A stretch of DNA of 41,579 nt from a virus (taxonomy: Duplodnaviria > Caudoviricetes): the IMG/VR virus record IMGVR_UViG_3300020236_000031, positions 1 to 41,579 of that record. One strand, given 5' to 3'. The notes below the pieces were generated by a model. It made no database searches, was not told the origin of the DNA, and saw only the letters and a list, made by a program, of their open reading frames with translations. A program made the translations under genes and the position numbers. Below, piece by piece: positions 28,474 through 35,997 of the stretch. Positions within the stretch are counted from its first letter, which is position 1, and each line of letters begins with the position of its first letter.

Positions 28474-28583
28474 TGAGGTGGACACTTGTCTTCCTGTTTG
28501 GGATAGCTGTAGGACTTGGTACTGCGTTGATTATCGTATTGAGTTTTCCTGATCTTCCTGTATTTTTTAGATATCTGGTATGA
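28470..28583 (+). CDS. 37-aa membrane peptide (not in the ORF track)
   Basis: MMRWTLVFLFGIAVGLGTALIIVLSFPDLPVFFRYLV, with ATGA overlaps at both ends. Confidence 0.6.
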   Translation: MMRWTLVFLFGIAVGLGTALIIVLSFPDLPVFFRYLV

Positions 28584-29629
28584 GTAGGCTTGCAGATTTA
28601 TTGGCGTCCGACGAGCTTTCGTCTCAGGAGATAATTGAGCTAAAGAACTTGGTGGTACGTCTAGAGGCAGACGTAGCTGAAGCCGCCGGCTTTATCACAG
28701 GTCAAACAATAACCATTCCGAAACGAGCCGTCTTCCAGCGTGCATTAGACATTTATACAAACGGATTTGCTGCCACAGACTTGTCACGCGGCATCTTGTT
28801 GCGCACTCGTAATGATGCAAAAGTAACAGGTTATATGGGTTTGCGGAATAGCCAACATGGCATTATGACAATAGGGGTTGATGACGCATTAGGTACAAAC
28901 AACACTGCATCACGAATAGCAATTCGTCATGACCTTGTTGGTAATACTGAAGATGGTGCCATGTTCTTTTCTGGCAACGGGCGCGATATGGTCGTCATGG
29001 TGAATTACGATACTGGGGAAACGGAACTTAGACTCCAGGCTGGCCCAAATGATGCAGAAATTACAGAAATTTCCCTCCGTGGTGGAGTTGATTCAACCGA
29101 AAGTGTCCTCAATGAACAAGGTCGTGACATCGACTTCCGCATCGAAGGCGACACCGTCACAGATGTCTTCAAAGTGGACGCAGGCAAAGACGTGGCCTAC
29201 CTCAGAGGGATCGGAGCGCGGGTTTATAACAGCGGAAACATCAGCATCAACAATGCCTCAGATACAATACTGACCTTCGATAGCGAGCGATTTGACACTG
29301 ACACCATGCATTCTACATCAAGCAATACTGGGCGATTAACAGCTACTACCGCGGGCGTATATGACATCAAAGCACAAATTGAGTGGGCTGCAACTGCGAA
29401 CACGGGTTTTCGACAAGGTTTTATCATACTCAATGGAATAACTAATTTGGCGGCAGAGAGATATTACCTCGCCGCAAACGAGGTTCTTTGGCTCAACATC
29501 CAAACGACATACGAGCTTGCCGCTGGTGACTATGTGGAAATACAAGTTCATCAAACATCAGGCGCAGCTCTAAACGTGTTATATGCTGCCAATGTATCTC
29601 CCGAATTCTCTATGGTGAAAGTAGGGTAA
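28580..29629 (+). CDS. Tail fibre / receptor-binding protein with a C1q-like C-terminal domain
   Basis: LNEQGRDIDFRIEGD, FDSERFDTDTMH...TGRLTATTAGVY...LAAGDYVEIQVHQTSG. Confidence 0.75.
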   Translation: MSRLADLLASDELSSQEIIELKNLVVRLEADVAEAAGFITGQTITIPKRAVFQRALDIYTNGFAATDLSRGILLRTRNDAKVTGYMGLRNSQHGIMTIGVDDALGTNNTASRIAIRHDLVGNTEDGAMFFSGNGRDMVVMVNYDTGETELRLQAGPNDAEITEISLRGGVDSTESVLNEQGRDIDFRIEGDTVTDVFKVDAGKDVAYLRGIGARVYNSGNISINNASDTILTFDSERFDTDTMHSTSSNTGRLTATTAGVYDIKAQIEWAATANTGFRQGFIILNGITNLAAERYYLAANEVLWLNIQTTYELAAGDYVEIQVHQTSGAALNVLYAANVSPEFSMVKVG

Positions 29630-29632
29630 GAA

Positions 29633-30403
29633 ATGAAGTCCGGTATCGATCTCTCTAGGTGGAACAACGTGGTTGACTGGGATCTGCTCCCAGACGACAT
29701 CGGCTTTGTCGTCATGCGTGCATCTATTGGAAATTATTATACTGATCCAAAGTTCGAGGACTACTTCGACGCGGTATGCGCGAAGCACCTCGTTACAGGC
29801 GCTTATCACGTGCTGATTGCAGACAACGAGGTCGAGTCACAGCTCGACAGGCTGGAACTGGCGCTCAACGGACGCAAGCCGGACATGCTGGTGCTGGACT
29901 GCGAGTTGAAGGGAACGGTGAAGGAGAACATCCGCAAGCGACGTACCTACTGGATGATGCGGAAGCTGGATGAGCGCTGGCCTACGCCGGTGAAGCTGTA
30001 CTACACGAACCAAAGCTACTGGGACACCAACATAGGAAGCACTTATTCAGGGTATCGCTTCGACGAGTTCCTGCTGTGGATTGCATCTTACGGAAAGAAC
30101 GACGGGCAGATCCCGGACACCGACAAGTATCCTGCCATCCCTGATGCGTGGAAGGACGCTATTCCCCAGTGGTGGATCTGGCAGTACACATCGAAAGGTG
30201 TCATTCCCGGCATTGAGGGCAATGTCGATCTGAACGGGATGCGTGAAGACTTCTTCGCCAAGCTGGATGCAAAGAAGGAATGTGCTGCCACGGAACCAGA
30301 ACCTCCAATTCCACCTGAGCCGCCTTCTGATCTTGAAGATCGGGTGCAGGCTCTTGAAGACTGGGTCAAGAGTTATCCGAAGGATGCAAGTTCGCATGAA
30401 TAA
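29633..30403 (+). CDS. Endolysin, glycoside hydrolase family 25
   Basis: GIDLSRWN, GAYH, LVLDCE, LYYTN, LWIASY, WQYTSKG..PGIEGNVDLN. Confidence 0.92.
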   Translation: MKSGIDLSRWNNVVDWDLLPDDIGFVVMRASIGNYYTDPKFEDYFDAVCAKHLVTGAYHVLIADNEVESQLDRLELALNGRKPDMLVLDCELKGTVKENIRKRRTYWMMRKLDERWPTPVKLYYTNQSYWDTNIGSTYSGYRFDEFLLWIASYGKNDGQIPDTDKYPAIPDAWKDAIPQWWIWQYTSKGVIPGIEGNVDLNGMREDFFAKLDAKKECAATEPEPPIPPEPPSDLEDRVQALEDWVKSYPKDASSHE

Positions 30404-30701
30404 CACGGCAGGCCATGTCCCGCCGGAATGGGAACGATGGCGCGGTGGCGTTGACCAGAAGCTCGACACTATCGATCGTAACGTGGACGCTCTTGACGGC
30501 AAGATAGATAAAAACGCGACCACGCTCAACAGTATGCCAGACGAGATCGAAAGGCGGATGGGGAAACTCATCAACGGAAAGGCATCCGTGCCCAATCCAA
30601 GCAAGGGTCAGCCGATCACATTCAAGTGGATTACAGAGAAGGCTCTGCTCCCTATATTGATGCTGATTGCCGGCTTGATGATCGCTCAACTTATTGGATG
30701 A
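30396..30701 (+). CDS. Coiled-coil protein with a C-terminal transmembrane helix (lysis module)
   Basis: Heptad-like LDTIDRNVDALDGKID followed by LLPILMLIAGLMIAQLIG. Confidence 0.65.
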   Translation: MNNTAGHVPPEWERWRGGVDQKLDTIDRNVDALDGKIDKNATTLNSMPDEIERRMGKLINGKASVPNPSKGQPITFKWITEKALLPILMLIAGLMIAQLIG

Positions 30702-30751
30702 TCTGGAGTGAACATGCTTGATAATGATGAATCTTCTAGGAAATTCGCGGG

Positions 30752-31408
30752 CTGCTAGCCCGCCTACTCCTGATCCTGTCGCTGGTAATCGGTTCAGGAG
30801 GAACATCAGCACTACAACAATTGCCAGCACCCGAAGAACCTCCACCCAATTGGCTGATCTGGAATACTGTCCGCTGGCTGCCTCTGATCGAGCGATGGCA
30901 TCCAGACTTTCCCGAACTAGACCCAGCGTTGGTGCTGGCAGTGATGGCCCAGGAGTCACAAGGAAATCCGTACGCCGAAGCTGGCGATGGATGGGGTTCA
31001 GTGGGACTCATGCAGGTGATCCCCAGGAATTGGACCGGCACACGCACACAGCTTCTCAATCCGGCATACAACATCTACGTAGGAATGCGTATGCTGGACT
31101 TCTCTACTCAGAAATGGGGTGTAAGATTAGGACTCGCGCACTACAATTGCAGCGAAGAGGGGGTCAGGAACGATGCTTGCGGATCTAAGGGAGGACTGAA
31201 TTATGCGGACAGGATACTCGAGTACTGGATGCCTGTCTTCAAGGCCGAGCTCTTCGTGCTTGCTTCTGACAACGAGTGGCTCGCATCTTTAGGCTATCAG
31301 CGGGGTTATGGGAGATGGGATACAAATATCCCGGAAGAGGAGCAGGAATTTGGATGCAGGATAGTGATACCACAACGAAGATTACGTCCGCGCATTTGTA
31401 TTCAATAG
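30752..31408 (+). CDS. Lytic transglycosylase (SLT domain), start uncertain
   Basis: LVLAVMAQESQGNPYA, GLMQV, LLNPAYNIYVG, LAHYN. The frame is open from 30740 and includes a hydrophobic leader. Confidence 0.85.
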   Translation: MLARLLLILSLVIGSGGTSALQQLPAPEEPPPNWLIWNTVRWLPLIERWHPDFPELDPALVLAVMAQESQGNPYAEAGDGWGSVGLMQVIPRNWTGTRTQLLNPAYNIYVGMRMLDFSTQKWGVRLGLAHYNCSEEGVRNDACGSKGGLNYADRILEYWMPVFKAELFVLASDNEWLASLGYQRGYGRWDTNIPEEEQEFGCRIVIPQRRLRPRICIQ

Positions 31409-31417
31409 GAGATAACA

Positions 31418-31612
31418 ATGAACAAGAAACCTTGGGAAAGTAAGACTCTGTGGTTCTTCGTGCTCTACGCACTGGTCAGCGTAGCAGGACTGCTTGGGTT
31501 CGCAGATTGGACCCCGAGCGGTGATGAGGCTGAGATTGTGGGCGTTCTCGTCGCTGTCGTTGGGATCGTGCTGAGGTTCTGGACCAATCGTGGGGTGAGC
31601 TTAACCGGATAG
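31418..31612 (+). CDS. Holin-like two-TM protein
   Basis: KPWESKTLWF...VVGIVLRFWT pattern, AGGAG RBS, last gene of the lysis module. Confidence 0.75.
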   Translation: MNKKPWESKTLWFFVLYALVSVAGLLGFADWTPSGDEAEIVGVLVAVVGIVLRFWTNRGVSLTG

Positions 31613-31631
31613 CAATTTCCTTCCTCCCTTT

Positions 31632-31662
31632 GAAGCCCCCGTGTCGGCGTACCGGGGGCTTC
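31632..31662. terminator. GC-rich hairpin between the convergent lysis operon and array 2
   Basis: Perfect 10-bp stem GAAGCCCCCG / CGGGGGCTTC. U-tracts are weak. Confidence 0.7.
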
Positions 31663-31667
31663 TCCCT

Positions 31668-31753
31668 TACCTTCACTGGCTCGCTTTTCTCTCTTGGGTT
31701 TCTTGGAGGGAATGGCTCGCTTACGTTCGGTGGGTTCCTTTCCATTTGTGGCT
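31668..31753 (-). ncRNA. TIGR-like dual-repeat guide array 2 (2 full 36-nt units plus a partial third)
   Basis: Minus strand: AGCCA-CAAATGGAA-AGGAACCCA-CCGAACGTA-AGCG, then AGCCA-TTCCCTCCA-AGAAACCCA-AGAGAGAAA-AGCG, then AGCCA-GTGAAGGTA. TAGAAT lies at 31764-31759. Confidence 0.85.
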
Positions 31754-31756
31754 TTG

Positions 31757-31990
31757 CTATTCTACTTCACTGACACCAAAAGTTCCATTGGGATTTCGCA
31801 CCTGGCGAATGTAGTCCACTCTTGAGAAGGGCTCAAGTCCTAGTGCCTCCCGCAAGTCCTCCCGCTGTGGCTCGTAGTCAGTCTTGGCATATTTCCAAGC
31901 GACGCCTGGATTGACGCCCAGTGCCACACCGACCCTGCGCCAGGTTCCCATGTTGTCGTACATTTCCTGGACTTGCTCACGGCTGGGCAT
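31757..31990 (-). CDS. Small HTH-like DNA-binding protein
   Basis: GTWRRVGVALGVNPGVAWKYA. Confidence 0.65.
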   Translation of the reverse strand: MPSREQVQEMYDNMGTWRRVGVALGVNPGVAWKYAKTDYEPQREDLREALGLEPFSRVDYIRQVRNPNGTFGVSEVE

Positions 31991-32020
31991 GTTAGGGGGC
32001 GTTACAAAGGCGAGATCCGA

Positions 32021-32104
32021 TCACGGCTCCATCCTGGGCGCGCGTCGCCAAAGCCACCTGAAGCGGAGCCACCAGATACGGTAGCGTATCGGTAGCCAGG
32101 TCAT
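32021..32104 (-). CDS. 27-aa Trp/Arg-rich peptide (not in the ORF track)
   Basis: MTWLPIRYRIWWLRFRWLWRRAPRMEP, ATGA-coupled to the upstream stop, with a GGAGG RBS. Confidence 0.45.
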   Translation of the reverse strand: MTWLPIRYRIWWLRFRWLWRRAPRMEP

Positions 32105-32412
32105 TCGTCCTCCAAGAGCGCCACTACCTCGGGGTCTGGATCTGGATAGAACATAAAATTACAGTCTAGCGTAGCGTCCTCGTGAGCCGCCGCCTTCTTG
32201 TAAATCACCCCCAACTGCCGCACGGCGCGGATGAGAAGTCGTACATCTTGTGCCAAATAGACTTCCTCCTCGTCGTGCTGTAAGTCTAGTCGCGTGTAGG
32301 GATGCGCCTCGATCTCAGCCAGGCGATTTGATCTTCCCCACATATATCCAATACCAAGTCCAACAAAATAGGTTAGCAAATACCAGGGGAATTCAAATCC
32401 GCCATTCGTCAT
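32101..32412 (-). CDS. Hypothetical protein with an N-terminal TM segment
   Basis: ATGA-coupled. WYLLTYFVGLGIGYMWG. Confidence 0.65.
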   Translation of the reverse strand: MTNGGFEFPWYLLTYFVGLGIGYMWGRSNRLAEIEAHPYTRLDLQHDEEEVYLAQDVRLLIRAVRQLGVIYKKAAAHEDATLDCNFMFYPDPDPEVVALLEDE

Positions 32413-33032
32413 GCTTGCTCTCCCGCATCCCAAACCTGTTCTTCAAACTCGCGGTGCATTGTAGCGAATTCTTCTGAGGTTTGCTCCTCTGCGACGAAAG
32501 CATCATAGTCTGCCAATGCCACAATTAATTCGTGGTCGAACGGAGGTTTCCAGTCATAGAACACTAATGCCTTGGCCGTTTTCTGAATGCGCTCCAATGC
32601 CTCCACCCGCTTGCAGAGAGCTTCTATCGTGTCACAGATACCTTCGACCGCTCCGCCGAATCCTTCGAGGTCACTCCAGGTTAGGCCCATTGCTTCCATA
32701 GCACGCTCAATTTGGTTGCGAAGAGCTTCCATGCGGTCAAAAGCCCAAACCGTTGACCCGACTTCGCCACAATTGAAGATGTGTTGAATTCTCTCTGGGC
32801 CAGTGTCATCCTCGCCCTCGCGCTTGTCACCACACATCAGGCAACGCCAACGGCCTTCGCTTTCGTCACCCTCCCAGACAATATATAGTTGACGCGTGAG
32901 TTTATTACGGAGAGCTTCGTTGTCGGCTTCGAGCGCGGCAATGTGCTCGCACGCCTTCTGGAACCCGTCCTTGAGGCTCCCGGTTTCGATAACAAATGCT
33001 CTTATGGGGTGTGTTTCAGGTATGTCACTCAT
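32409..33032 (-). CDS. Hypothetical coiled-coil protein
   Basis: 207 aa, heptad repeats plus CxxC...H...C. Confidence 0.7.
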   Translation of the reverse strand: MSDIPETHPIRAFVIETGSLKDGFQKACEHIAALEADNEALRNKLTRQLYIVWEGDESEGRWRCLMCGDKREGEDDTGPERIQHIFNCGEVGSTVWAFDRMEALRNQIERAMEAMGLTWSDLEGFGGAVEGICDTIEALCKRVEALERIQKTAKALVFYDWKPPFDHELIVALADYDAFVAEEQTSEEFATMHREFEEQVWDAGEQA

Positions 33033-33324
33033 CCTCGCCGCCTCTCAAATTCTCCGGTAGAGCGGCGAGGGCTTCCAACCACTCCAGCATTTCTTCGTGT
33101 GAATCGAAGTGGAGAGTTACTTCGTGTGGTCTCGGTGTGTTCGTTGTATATCCATATCTAGGCCGAGGCACCGCCTCCAACAACGCATCAGCATCAGTTA
33201 GAAGATTTCGCAGGTCTTCTCCTGTCATGACTATACGGTCATGTGCCACAATTCCTATTTCTTTGGTTGGCTCTGCCAGCTCCCGTATGTCTGCCCAAGG
33301 ATCGCTCATTTTGTCCTCACTCAT
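33025..33324 (-). CDS. Hypothetical protein
   Basis: Coupled ORF that shares LLTDADA.LE with 35152-35460. Confidence 0.65.
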   Translation of the reverse strand: MSEDKMSDPWADIRELAEPTKEIGIVAHDRIVMTGEDLRNLLTDADALLEAVPRPRYGYTTNTPRPHEVTLHFDSHEEMLEWLEALAALPENLRGGEDE

Positions 33325-33616
33325 CCAACATCTCCTCAAGAATACCTATCGCGTCCTCGAACGTCTGGATCTCATAGCGGGGATAGTTCTCGAACAGCCG
33401 GAAGAAACGCCACTCGTTCTCATTGAGCTTCTCACCAGGACTTTTGATTTCTAGCAACACAAAGCCGCCCATCTTGTTTCCAACGCAGAGGTCGGGGAAG
33501 CCGCGTCCGAACATCGAGCAGTCGAACACCGGATAGCCGCACTCTCTGAGCGCGTCTCGGATTTCTCCGTGTTTGGCATCGACGCTGTACTTTCGTGGAG
33601 TTCTGTATTGGGGCAC
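33317..33616 (-). CDS. VRR-NUC-like PD-(D/E)xK nuclease (possible resolvase)
   Basis: DAKHGEIRDALRECG...GRGFPDLCVG...LLEIKSPGEKLNENE..F. Confidence 0.85.
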   Translation of the reverse strand: MPQYRTPRKYSVDAKHGEIRDALRECGYPVFDCSMFGRGFPDLCVGNKMGGFVLLEIKSPGEKLNENEWRFFRLFENYPRYEIQTFEDAIGILEEMLDE

Positions 33617-33629
33617 AAGGTCATTCTAC

Positions 33630-33809
33630 TCAATAGGTGCTTTTGCGGATTGTTTCTATCAGCCATTCTTCAATCATTTCGCCTACTTCATCCCATTTTC
33701 CGTTGTCCAAATCGCGCTTAATGTAACTCAGATATATGATCATCGTCATAAAATTCGCCAATAGAGCTATCAGAAAAATCACCAGCCAGTCGATCGATGT
33801 TAGAGTCAC
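33630..33809 (-). CDS. 59-aa membrane protein (not in the ORF track)
   Basis: GTGA-coupled. MTLTSIDWLVIFLIALLANFMTMIIYLSY... Confidence 0.6.
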   Translation of the reverse strand: MTLTSIDWLVIFLIALLANFMTMIIYLSYIKRDLDNGKWDEVGEMIEEWLIETIRKSTY

Positions 33810-34018
33810 CTATGTCCCTCCAGTCTCTTACAAATCACTCCCGGTTCGTGGATGATCCAACACAGCGGCGTTTCGTGGTCATCCGCCGCGCCGCCGGCGA
33901 TGTACTCGTCATTTAGTGCGTTGTCAGGGTGCCATGATTCCATGTTGGAGTAGTTGATCTTGCTCTTCGGACCAAGCGGAGTGTTCCGCCACTTCTCGGT
34001 GCCTGCGCTTTTGGTCAT
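33806..34018 (-). CDS. Hypothetical protein
   Basis: ATGA-coupled 70-aa ORF. Confidence 0.6.
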   Translation of the reverse strand: MTKSAGTEKWRNTPLGPKSKINYSNMESWHPDNALNDEYIAGGAADDHETPLCWIIHEPGVICKRLEGHR

Positions 34019-34362
34019 GCGCGTAGCTCAAGCTGTCCGCCGAAATGCCGGCGAGCGGCGTCCCTCTGTTTGCGGAGCCTGACCAGGAGTGTCATAGCGC
34101 GCCTTCGTTCTTCGCGATACACCTCAAGCACATCTTCGTAGCTTTCGGCGATATAGTAGCCTCGGGTACGAGACGAGGAGCAGATCAAGCTACCTCTACC
34201 TCCTTCAGACCGCAACGTTTCAACTGCTTTTCTGATTGCACGGTCTTTGACCTGCTGCTTCAGCTCGTACTCGACAGACTTGCGCAGGGATTCCCTGCTG
34301 ATCGCCCAGTCTCTACCGCGACGACCTTCGAGTATCGTGAGTACGGTTTCTTCAATCGTCAT
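34015..34362 (-). CDS. Winged-helix-like DNA-binding protein
   Basis: AISRESL...DRAIRKAVETLR...ICSSS..GYYIA pattern. Confidence 0.7.
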   Translation of the reverse strand: MTIEETVLTILEGRRGRDWAISRESLRKSVEYELKQQVKDRAIRKAVETLRSEGGRGSLICSSSRTRGYYIAESYEDVLEVYREERRRAMTLLVRLRKQRDAARRHFGGQLELRA

Positions 34363-34561
34363 TGACTGGGACTCGGATCGCGTCGCTCACCACTTTGTAA
34401 AGTTCCGGCTCAGTCATGCTCTCGGTTTCCTTGAATAATCTCGTCAATGCAGCTCGAACGATGTCGGTCTGCGTAATCCCTGGAAGCCTGAGATCAAGCG
34501 AATTGAGCCTGGCTTTATCGAGCCCGGTTGCGCGTATGTGAATATGCTCGTTCTTTTCCAT
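34352..34561 (-). CDS. Ribbon-helix-helix-like regulator
   Basis: HIHIR beta strand, a helix, then TQTDIVRAAL. First gene after the leftward promoter. Confidence 0.65.
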   Translation of the reverse strand: MEKNEHIHIRATGLDKARLNSLDLRLPGITQTDIVRAALTRLFKETESMTEPELYKVVSDAIRVPVNDD

Positions 34562-34567
34562 GCTCAG

Positions 34568-34613
34568 AGCATACACTAGTTGACACGCGTTGTCAAACGT
34601 GCTAGACTGTCAA
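34568..34613. promoter_or_regulatory. Divergent sigma70-type promoter pair
   Basis: + strand: TTGACA (34580)-N17-TAGACT (34603). - strand: TTGACA (34596)-N17-TATGCT (34573). Confidence 0.8.
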
Positions 34614-34634
34614 CACATGCAAGTGGGAGGCAAC

Positions 34635-34943
34635 ATGATGCACACACCTGGACCTTGGACAACAGAAGAAATGCAGGAACTATTAGCAAGTGGTGAACGT
34701 CGGCCTTCCACTTACATATCGGCAAGCAACGGATGGGCATCGCCTAAACGAACGGTAGCAATTGTGGGACATTGGAGAGATAGACCTGATCCGGAAGCTG
34801 ATGCCCGCCTGATAGCGGCAGCGCCGGAGCTGTTGGAGGCACTTGAGACTATCATGGATTCAGTAGACGCAAAGAAAGTTCGGCTAGATGTCTATGAGTT
34901 AGAACTTGCAAAGAGGGCCATTGACAAGGCGATTGGCAAATGA
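34635..34943 (+). CDS. Phage hypothetical protein (HTPGPW...ARLIAAAPELLEAL type)
   Basis: Recognisable widespread phage motif, GGAGG RBS. Confidence 0.8.
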   Translation: MMHTPGPWTTEEMQELLASGERRPSTYISASNGWASPKRTVAIVGHWRDRPDPEADARLIAAAPELLEALETIMDSVDAKKVRLDVYELELAKRAIDKAIGK

Positions 34944-35155
34944 CCAACGCATACTTAAGAAGGCGACTCGATGGCTGGGTGAGCCTCGGAAGGATCTCCC
35001 AGCGCGAAGCCGACAAGATCCACCGGTTCCACGAATATCATGGGGACATGTCGCTGGCATTTCAGGAGGGTGTACTTGCTCAGCTCGACTACCGCCTGGC
35101 CGGTGCAGAATGGTTCGAAGATTTTGCAGAGAGGAACCCAGAGGTTGTGCCATGA
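34940..35155 (+). CDS. Hypothetical protein
   Basis: ATGA-coupled at both ends. Confidence 0.65.
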   Translation: MTNAYLRRRLDGWVSLGRISQREADKIHRFHEYHGDMSLAFQEGVLAQLDYRLAGAEWFEDFAERNPEVVP

Positions 35156-35460
35156 GCTATCGTTGGGAAGATGTGCGGAAACGCTTAAATAGAGCCAAAG
35201 AGTGTGAAGCGGCATTTGGGAACGATATAGGCAAGTTTATATCAAAGGGAGCCCGACAAGCTACAGCTGATGTAGATTTGCTATTGACCGACGCAGATGC
35301 GATGCTGGAGGTGGTGAGGGCAGCGAACATCCTAGATCTACAGCGCCTTGCTGACTACATAAGAAGCGTACAAAGGCCCGAGGTGGAAGATTGGGAATGG
35401 CCGCAAGACATCGAAAAGTTGAACAATACCCTCGCTAACTTACCGGAGTATTTGAAATGA
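35152..35460 (+). CDS. Hypothetical protein
   Basis: ATGA-coupled (MSYRWEDVRK...). Confidence 0.65.
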   Translation: MSYRWEDVRKRLNRAKECEAAFGNDIGKFISKGARQATADVDLLLTDADAMLEVVRAANILDLQRLADYIRSVQRPEVEDWEWPQDIEKLNNTLANLPEYLK

Positions 35461-35651
35461 AGAAAGAAATCATTGTGATTGGTGGCGACGAGTGGTTGGC
35501 GATTGATCCCAAATATACCAACGAGCAGATCCTCAACTATATACGTAGCCAATACGGCTGGGAGGATGTGCATTTTGATCGCAAGCCGCACTTAGTTTTG
35601 GTGCAGCCCAAGGCGAAAGGAATTGCAAATGTGCGAAGAGCTTCCTATTGA
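35457..35651 (+). CDS. Hypothetical protein
   Basis: ATGA-coupled. Confidence 0.6.
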   Translation: MKKEIIVIGGDEWLAIDPKYTNEQILNYIRSQYGWEDVHFDRKPHLVLVQPKAKGIANVRRASY

Positions 35652-35997
35652 GGTTCAAGGTTACGCCAAGGTTCTTGATAACTATAAGAAAAGCGATAGT
35701 CTTGAGCAATTCGACATCTTCCACATGTATCCGGGAAATATCTGCTTCCCGGATGGTTACTACGATAGTCGCTTCTTTAAACTCGTAGGATTTAACACAA
35801 AAACTATGGAGAAGCGCGATCTCGGCGATCACGACAGCATTGATATAGAGCTTGGCGTGCAAGTTGTCATGTTACGAGTGTTTCTCGACGGCTCTACTCT
35901 GATTAAGTTTGATAGCCTGATCGAAACAGTTGGCATTACTCAAGCCGTTTCAGTAACTAGGGCTGGCTGGAAAGAGAGATTGGAGAATACATTATGA
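35629..35997 (+). CDS. Hypothetical protein
   Basis: AAGGA RBS, coupled to the next gene. Confidence 0.65.
   Translation: MCEELPIEVQGYAKVLDNYKKSDSLEQFDIFHMYPGNICFPDGYYDSRFFKLVGFNTKTMEKRDLGDHDSIDIELGVQVVMLRVFLDGSTLIKFDSLIETVGITQAVSVTRAGWKERLENTL

Noticed and set aside
33677-33685. Exact match to spacer TTTCGCCTA as a self-target
   Set aside because: Only the 9-mer matches and the flanks do not match the partner spacer. Such a hit is expected by chance (about 83,000 positions / 4^9, roughly 0.3 per spacer).
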